A stretch of DNA of 64,000 nucleotides from Eledone cirrhosa. Taxonomy: Eukaryota. Shown here piece after piece: positions 58,221-64,000 of this stretch. The notes beneath the pieces were generated by a model. The model made no database searches. It saw only the letters and a program-made list of their open reading frames with translations, and had not been told where the DNA came from. Both the position numbers and the translations under genes were made by a program. Every line of letters begins with the position of its first letter. Position 1 is the first letter of the stretch. The stretch is taken from contig OZ024741.1 in NCBI GenBank assembly GCA_964016885.1, positions 119,350,001 through 119,414,000 on the forward strand, read 5' to 3'.

Positions 58221-59307
58221 GGTTTTTTTGAGGTTGAGTTAATTGTTCATCCTATAAAGTAAATCACTTGTTAACAATTTTTATTTCATTTCTTGAAGAC
58301 AGAAGTTTTACTACTGATATATCGCGAAATTGGTTTGGTTGTCTCTTTTGCATTTCAATTCTACAATGTTTTTCTTCTCCTAGTTAAAACAAAAAAAAAA
58401 AAACAAAGAACTTCAGCTGAGGTCTTTGTCTCTATTTACTGGTTCCTGGTTCTTATGTCCGTTACTCTAGCAATTTTTTTTTTTTTTCTGAATCTTGTAA
58501 GTTACTCTTAGGCAGAGATGGTCATCTGAATTTTGCTATTCAAAGACCATACAGAAAGGTGGATGTTTTTTCTTGTTGAATTTGTCCTAAAAATTCTGTT
58601 GGCTAAGTAAAAACGATTTTGAAATAGAGAATGGTATTTATTTTTTCTGTGTCTGTTTTTCAGAGTTAAAAATAAACTAAACCCTTATTCCACAAACCTA
58701 CTTTTCCAAAATAATATTTCCTGAAATTGTTTAGTGAGAGACATTGGGCTATAATCTTGTCCCTTTTAGATGCTACTATAATACACATTTCTGACTTCTG
58801 CTAATTTCAAGGACTAAAAATTTGCTAAACAAAAAATATTACAAAATTTGAAAAAAATGTTTTTAAAATTTGACCAAAAGACAAAAGAAATTAAAATAAA
58901 TTTTGACAAAAGACATCTATTTCTTGCAGAGTTAACTGGATGTTAATTTACTTCACTAAGTTAGCATGTCAAGTCATTATAAAGACTATAGAACTAATAT
59001 TTCCCTTCCCACCCCTCCAAAATGAAAATGAACTAATACAGATGTATTTTTCATAAGATTAAGACTATCTTTGCAGATTCCTTGGCTTTAACTTAAAAAA
59101 AAAGAAAAATGGAACTGTTAAACAAAACAATAAACTAGAAGCATAATGTCTAACTTAAGATGCCCATTGACAGTCCTGTTTGTATGCCTGGGCTATTTTA
59201 TATATATACATACACACACATATATATATACATACATACATACATACATACACGTGTGTATGTTTATATAAAAATTGATAAGAAGCAAGTTATAAATTTA
59301 GGAATGA

Positions 59308-59527
59308 TTTAAATGCCAAATTATGTGTATGATGAAAAATATGTAAAACATGGTTTTTATTCAAACGCCTTTTTACCTTAAAAGGCCTTGTTCACTGAAC
59401 AGTAAATTAAATCATACTTACTGAAATTTACTGTTCTGTAAACAGTGAACCTTTTCAGGTTGAAAATGTTTAATAAAATCCATGTTTTTACATGCTTCTC
59501 ATCAGACACGTTGTTTGGCTTTTGAAT
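59308..59527. repeat. Old degenerate fold-back element downstream of the stop codon
   Basis: atgtaaaacatgg / ccatgtttttacat and gaacagtaaa / tttactgttc are symmetric about ~59415. Confidence 0.65.
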
Positions 59528-60230
59528 AACTATATATATATATATATCCACAGGTATGTCTTTATTTTACTTTACTTGCTCTACATTTTGTTGTAGGGGA
59601 TACATCTAGCTTGGTCTAGTGTGTTTTGGGATGTAATTACATATATATTCCTTTAGACAGACAGGACACACCAGTTTAAAAAAGGTTTGTGTATATTTGG
59701 GCTAACAAACATGTCATGTGACATTGTGACACATCTACATTGTTATCTTCTGCTCCCAGCCCATCTATAACCCTTGGATATTTATCAGTACATTTTAAGC
59801 CAAAAAAAGACTCTTCCTTTGTGTCACCTCGAATTGACATTGTCTGAAGGTTTTAGTTTCCTTCTTCGTGCATTCTTTTTCCTGAAAATGTTAGTTTAAT
59901 TCCCTAGACTTGCCCTTTCTACCATCATTCCTTCTGCTAGTGGTGGTAGTCATTTTTATCTTTTCTCTTATCTGAATATGCTTCATATTTTTTACAGGAA
60001 CTTTAACACAATAAGGATATTATGTGTTAGTTTCCCTTCCCCCACTTGTAGTTTTTCTTAAAGAGGGAAAAAAAAACTTTAAAAAGAAATTTTAGATGGG
60101 TGTATGTTTATATATTCATGTACATTTGTCTGTATGTGAGTGTATGTGAATATATTCAGATATCTATGTGTGTGTGTGTAATATATGTGTATGTATATAT
60201 ATATATATATGTGTGTGTGTGTATATACAC

Positions 60231-60267
<37 letters not shown>

Positions 60268-61580
60268 AATGTTACTCTCTAGCTGGACAAGTATCCTAGA
60301 TGGTATATGTGATCTCATCTGTACTGTTTGGAAGCTATTTATATATAAGGTCTGAGTTTTGTATCTTTTACTTCAACTGGAATTTTATTAAATAAGGCAA
60401 CTTCAACTAACCTTCTTCCTCAATCCCCCACAACAAAGTACAAGCCTTAATTTGTGATAAAACAGCAGGTACCAACTAATTGGGCAGTGTCTATATTTCT
60501 ATATTTTTTCTATTTTCTTTCTTTTCTCTAGACCTCGTGATATCATTTTATTTTCTTCTTTCCCTCATATTCCTTTCCTCTCTTTTCTCTCCCAACCTTT
60601 TTGAATGTTAAAGATTAAAAAGATTTAAAAGCAATAAGCAAAGATATCTATCTATACTGTCATTTCCCTTCCCCATTTTGGGTCCTAAATACCTTCTCCT
60701 GCTTAAAAAAAAAATGAAAAATCCTGTGTGGTTTGTCATTTGGTAACCCTCTTCAGATTTCTTTTTTTTTTTTGTCCCTTCCCTTGGAGTATTACCATTT
60801 CTTGTTTTCATTTGTCCCCATCCATGTAGGATCTGTCCATGTTGGATAGAGGAGACTTGTAGAAAGTTCTATATTGGTACATAAATGTACTAAATTATAC
60901 TATATTACTGCTATAACATTACTTCTGATGCTGTGCTGCTGTCATATCCAGGAATGTCTTCTACTGTTTTAAAATCACTTAAATAAATAAAAGTTTAAAA
61001 AAATTACAAGTCAGTCAGTGTACAGTAAGTCTTCTTCTGCATGGAAATAGTTGAAGACTTAAAATTTAAATTTAAAAAAAATATGAAAAAATATTGAAAT
61101 AATTAGAGAAAGAAAATTTACCGAATATGTCAACAGCAAAGATTTTTGACGGTATTGTTTCAAAACCCTAACCTCCTCCTCCTCCCATTTCTCTTTTTTT
61201 TTTATTGTCTCCCCCTGTTTCAAATTTTCGCTGAGGAATGCATATGTCATGTATGGACTAAAATATCACTGGAAGTTTGAAGATTTTTGGACTTTCTTCA
61301 ATATCTTGATTCTTTGTGTTCCATATTCACTTACCGAACTTTGCAGAATGCACGTATGGCTCCATGGTGAATTTGTATCCAGATTAATTAAGTCTTGTTT
61401 ACAAAAAAAAAAAAAAAAACATACAAAAAAAAGCTCTAACAAAATACAAAGACTTTTATTATTGTTATTGTTATCATTATTATTATTGCAATCTATTATC
61501 TATGACCAAAGCTTGTTTAGGCTGATTCCTGTCATTGTACAATTAATTTCACTGTTCCCAACTACATTGTAATCCTCTCG

Positions 61581-61634
<54 letters not shown>

Positions 61635-64000
61635 CATCCCTCTCCAATATTTATTTAGACTTCAACTTTTTTTTCCTAATTTTTGGTCTTCCTTCTTGAA
61701 TTGATATGAACAATTTTCTATTTTATAGAAACTTTCATGAATTAGAAATTAATTATAAGAACTTCCTTTCTTTTTTTTTTGTTAAAATACAAATTTTTTT
61801 TTATTTACTTTGTGTTAACTTTAAATAATGTAAATATGTATATGTATATAATAGTTGCAGAGGAGGAATCTAGTAACCATGTTAGACTAATAGTATTAGA
61901 AACTGTTCTTCACGTTGGGATCATACCTGAAGAACTGTTGAAACTATTTCAGTATATAGTTTAACCCTTTCGTTTCCATTTTTCTAATGAAATACTTTGT
62001 ATTTTAATTAATGAAGAATTTACTAAAATTATAATTTCTTCTTATATAAAAATTAAGTAGGGTAGTTTTTGTTTCATGGAAATGGGCAGTTTTTTGGTAG
62101 GTTGATATCAGAAGGGTTAAATAATTCTCAAGTTTTTCTAAACTTCTACATAAAACAGTGAAAGAAAAAATCTTTCAGACAATATAAAAATATTGTCTGC
62201 ATATTTATATTTATAATAAGAGATTCCTTTGTTAGAGAAGAGATAGCAGTTTCAGCTTTAAGTATGTGAAGGAATTAGATATGCCATTAACTATGTTGCT
62301 ATTGGCTTCTAGAATCTGTTCAATAACTACCACAGCATCATATTTTGAGGCAAAGGTCTATACTTTTTGGCTTCAAACAACCTGGCTCAAAAGATGTACC
62401 ATCACTCACTCTGAAATTATATAGTGTGTGTCTAAGTATATCAATCATAGAAATTTGCTTGTATATATATGTAAACTCAACTAGAATTTAATCCAGTTTG
62501 CTGTAGAAACAACTAAATTTACATCCTCTCATGTCCTTTGCAAAACATCAGATAGATGCTGCTTCTTGGTCCCATGGGGGACAAAATGGCTAATGCATTA
62601 CCCTGGAGGATATAGATATTTAGACTTTCAGGTTTGTGTAGCAGATGCTATCACAGTTTAGTGGATGCTATCACATAGCGGTACAACATCAGATAATATT
62701 CTAATCTTTCGGCGCAAAGTCTAGCTGTGTTCACATTTTAGATTATGCATAATATTTCGTATTTCAGATATTTCTGATGTATAGTATCCCAACAGAGGTC
62801 GCACTTTTTGGAAAAAAAATATTACTATTTTTGTTCTATTTGAAATAACCTACATTTTCTGTCATTCACACAAAATAAATGCTGTTGGAAATAGTGACTG
62901 TAATTTTAACAGTGAACAGGCCTTGGCTTAGAGAGTTTGTTATATATATAAACACACACACATATATGAAAGTTAAAATCCTTTGGACCATTACTGCATA
63001 AGTGTGGAGGGGAAAACCAAGTTGTATGAATTTCTGCCCAACAGAGACCATATTGGTCAGGCTGGTGGCAGCAAATGGCAGCCATTTAAAAGACAGTCTT
63101 AGAGTCATTGAGTTTTGATTACTGAAGACTAAATGCTTGGTTTCCATTCTTATCCTAGCCAAAAATACATTGCAAAACAACTGAAACAATTTGAACATGG
63201 AACTTACACAAGAATGTACAGAATGAATAAAAAAAAATCAGAATATAAAAATTCAGATTCACTAATGGAGTGTGAGAGGCATTTTTTTTTTTTTTTCACC
63301 CCATATTTCAGGGATGCCTCTGGGTGAGATTTGTTTTATTGTTAAAACAATAAGGGTCTGTAAAAGAGAGAATAAACAGAGTACCAAGAAGCTACCCAGT
63401 GATAAAGATTTGTGGTGAAATTTTACATTGTCTTTTAGTTATATTTATTAAAAATAGCTTTGCTCACAAGAGAGAATAAATCTGTTTCACTGGTTTATAA
63501 AAGAACAGTTGGTCCATTTAAGTGTTTATAGCACAATACATTTTTTTCTAGGTCAATATATGTCAAGAAAGGTTAGCTGAGTTATCTAAATTATTTTTTA
63601 AATGCCTTGAAGTGATCAGCACTCTGGTCTTGCTAATACAAAAATAATTTTTTTTCTTTTTCTTTTTTAACAAATTGGATATTTTCATTACTTATATTTA
63701 AAATGAAGGGGGAATGGACTAAACACAAAATCTAGTAAAATTTTTCTTTATTAAATTCTGCATGACTTCAGGTTTAATGGTAGGTTTGTTTTTTTTTTTC
63801 CTCCATTTTCAACTAAACTGTACAGAAATAATGGCAATATTCTAATATTAATGACAAACTAAATATTCACGTTTCTGGAGAAAATTGTTATACATATATA
63901 GTTACTTGAGTGTGATTTTGTATTATGAAAGAATGAGCCATCAATATATAAACATAGGGGTAATTTTGGTACATGGTATTGGACATTTGAGAAAGACCTG

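Noticed and set aside
58293-63327. Short ORFs downstream of the MTSS1-like stop
   Set aside because: They are low-complexity AT-rich translations without recognisable domains or consistent exon signals.

Overview
Eukaryotic, very AT-rich, repeat-dense DNA. The SINE, MITE and microsatellite landscape looks like an octopus/cephalopod genome (inference). The only host gene is the 3' part of a + strand MTSS1/MIM-family actin regulator: five coding exons plus a candidate 33-nt microexon from 17348 to the stop at 57555, ending in a WH2-like motif. Its N-terminal IMD/I-BAR domain is not in the window. The first 11.4 kb holds a CR1/L2-type LINE fragment, a 200-N gap and kilobases of (TA)n/(TATG)n. 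Inserted in that array is a young Penelope-like retroelement (RT + GIY-YIG, one frameshift) bounded by ~391-bp inverted pLTRs, each with a minimal hammerhead-ribozyme fold. The introns contain solo hammerhead-like motifs (antisense to the gene), a ~400-bp near-perfect palindrome, inverted SINE pairs, piggyBac- and Tc1-type MITEs, RTE LINE fragments, and minisatellites that appear to have arisen inside dispersed repeats. Coordinates were read by eye, and family assignments rest on motif recognition, not database searches.
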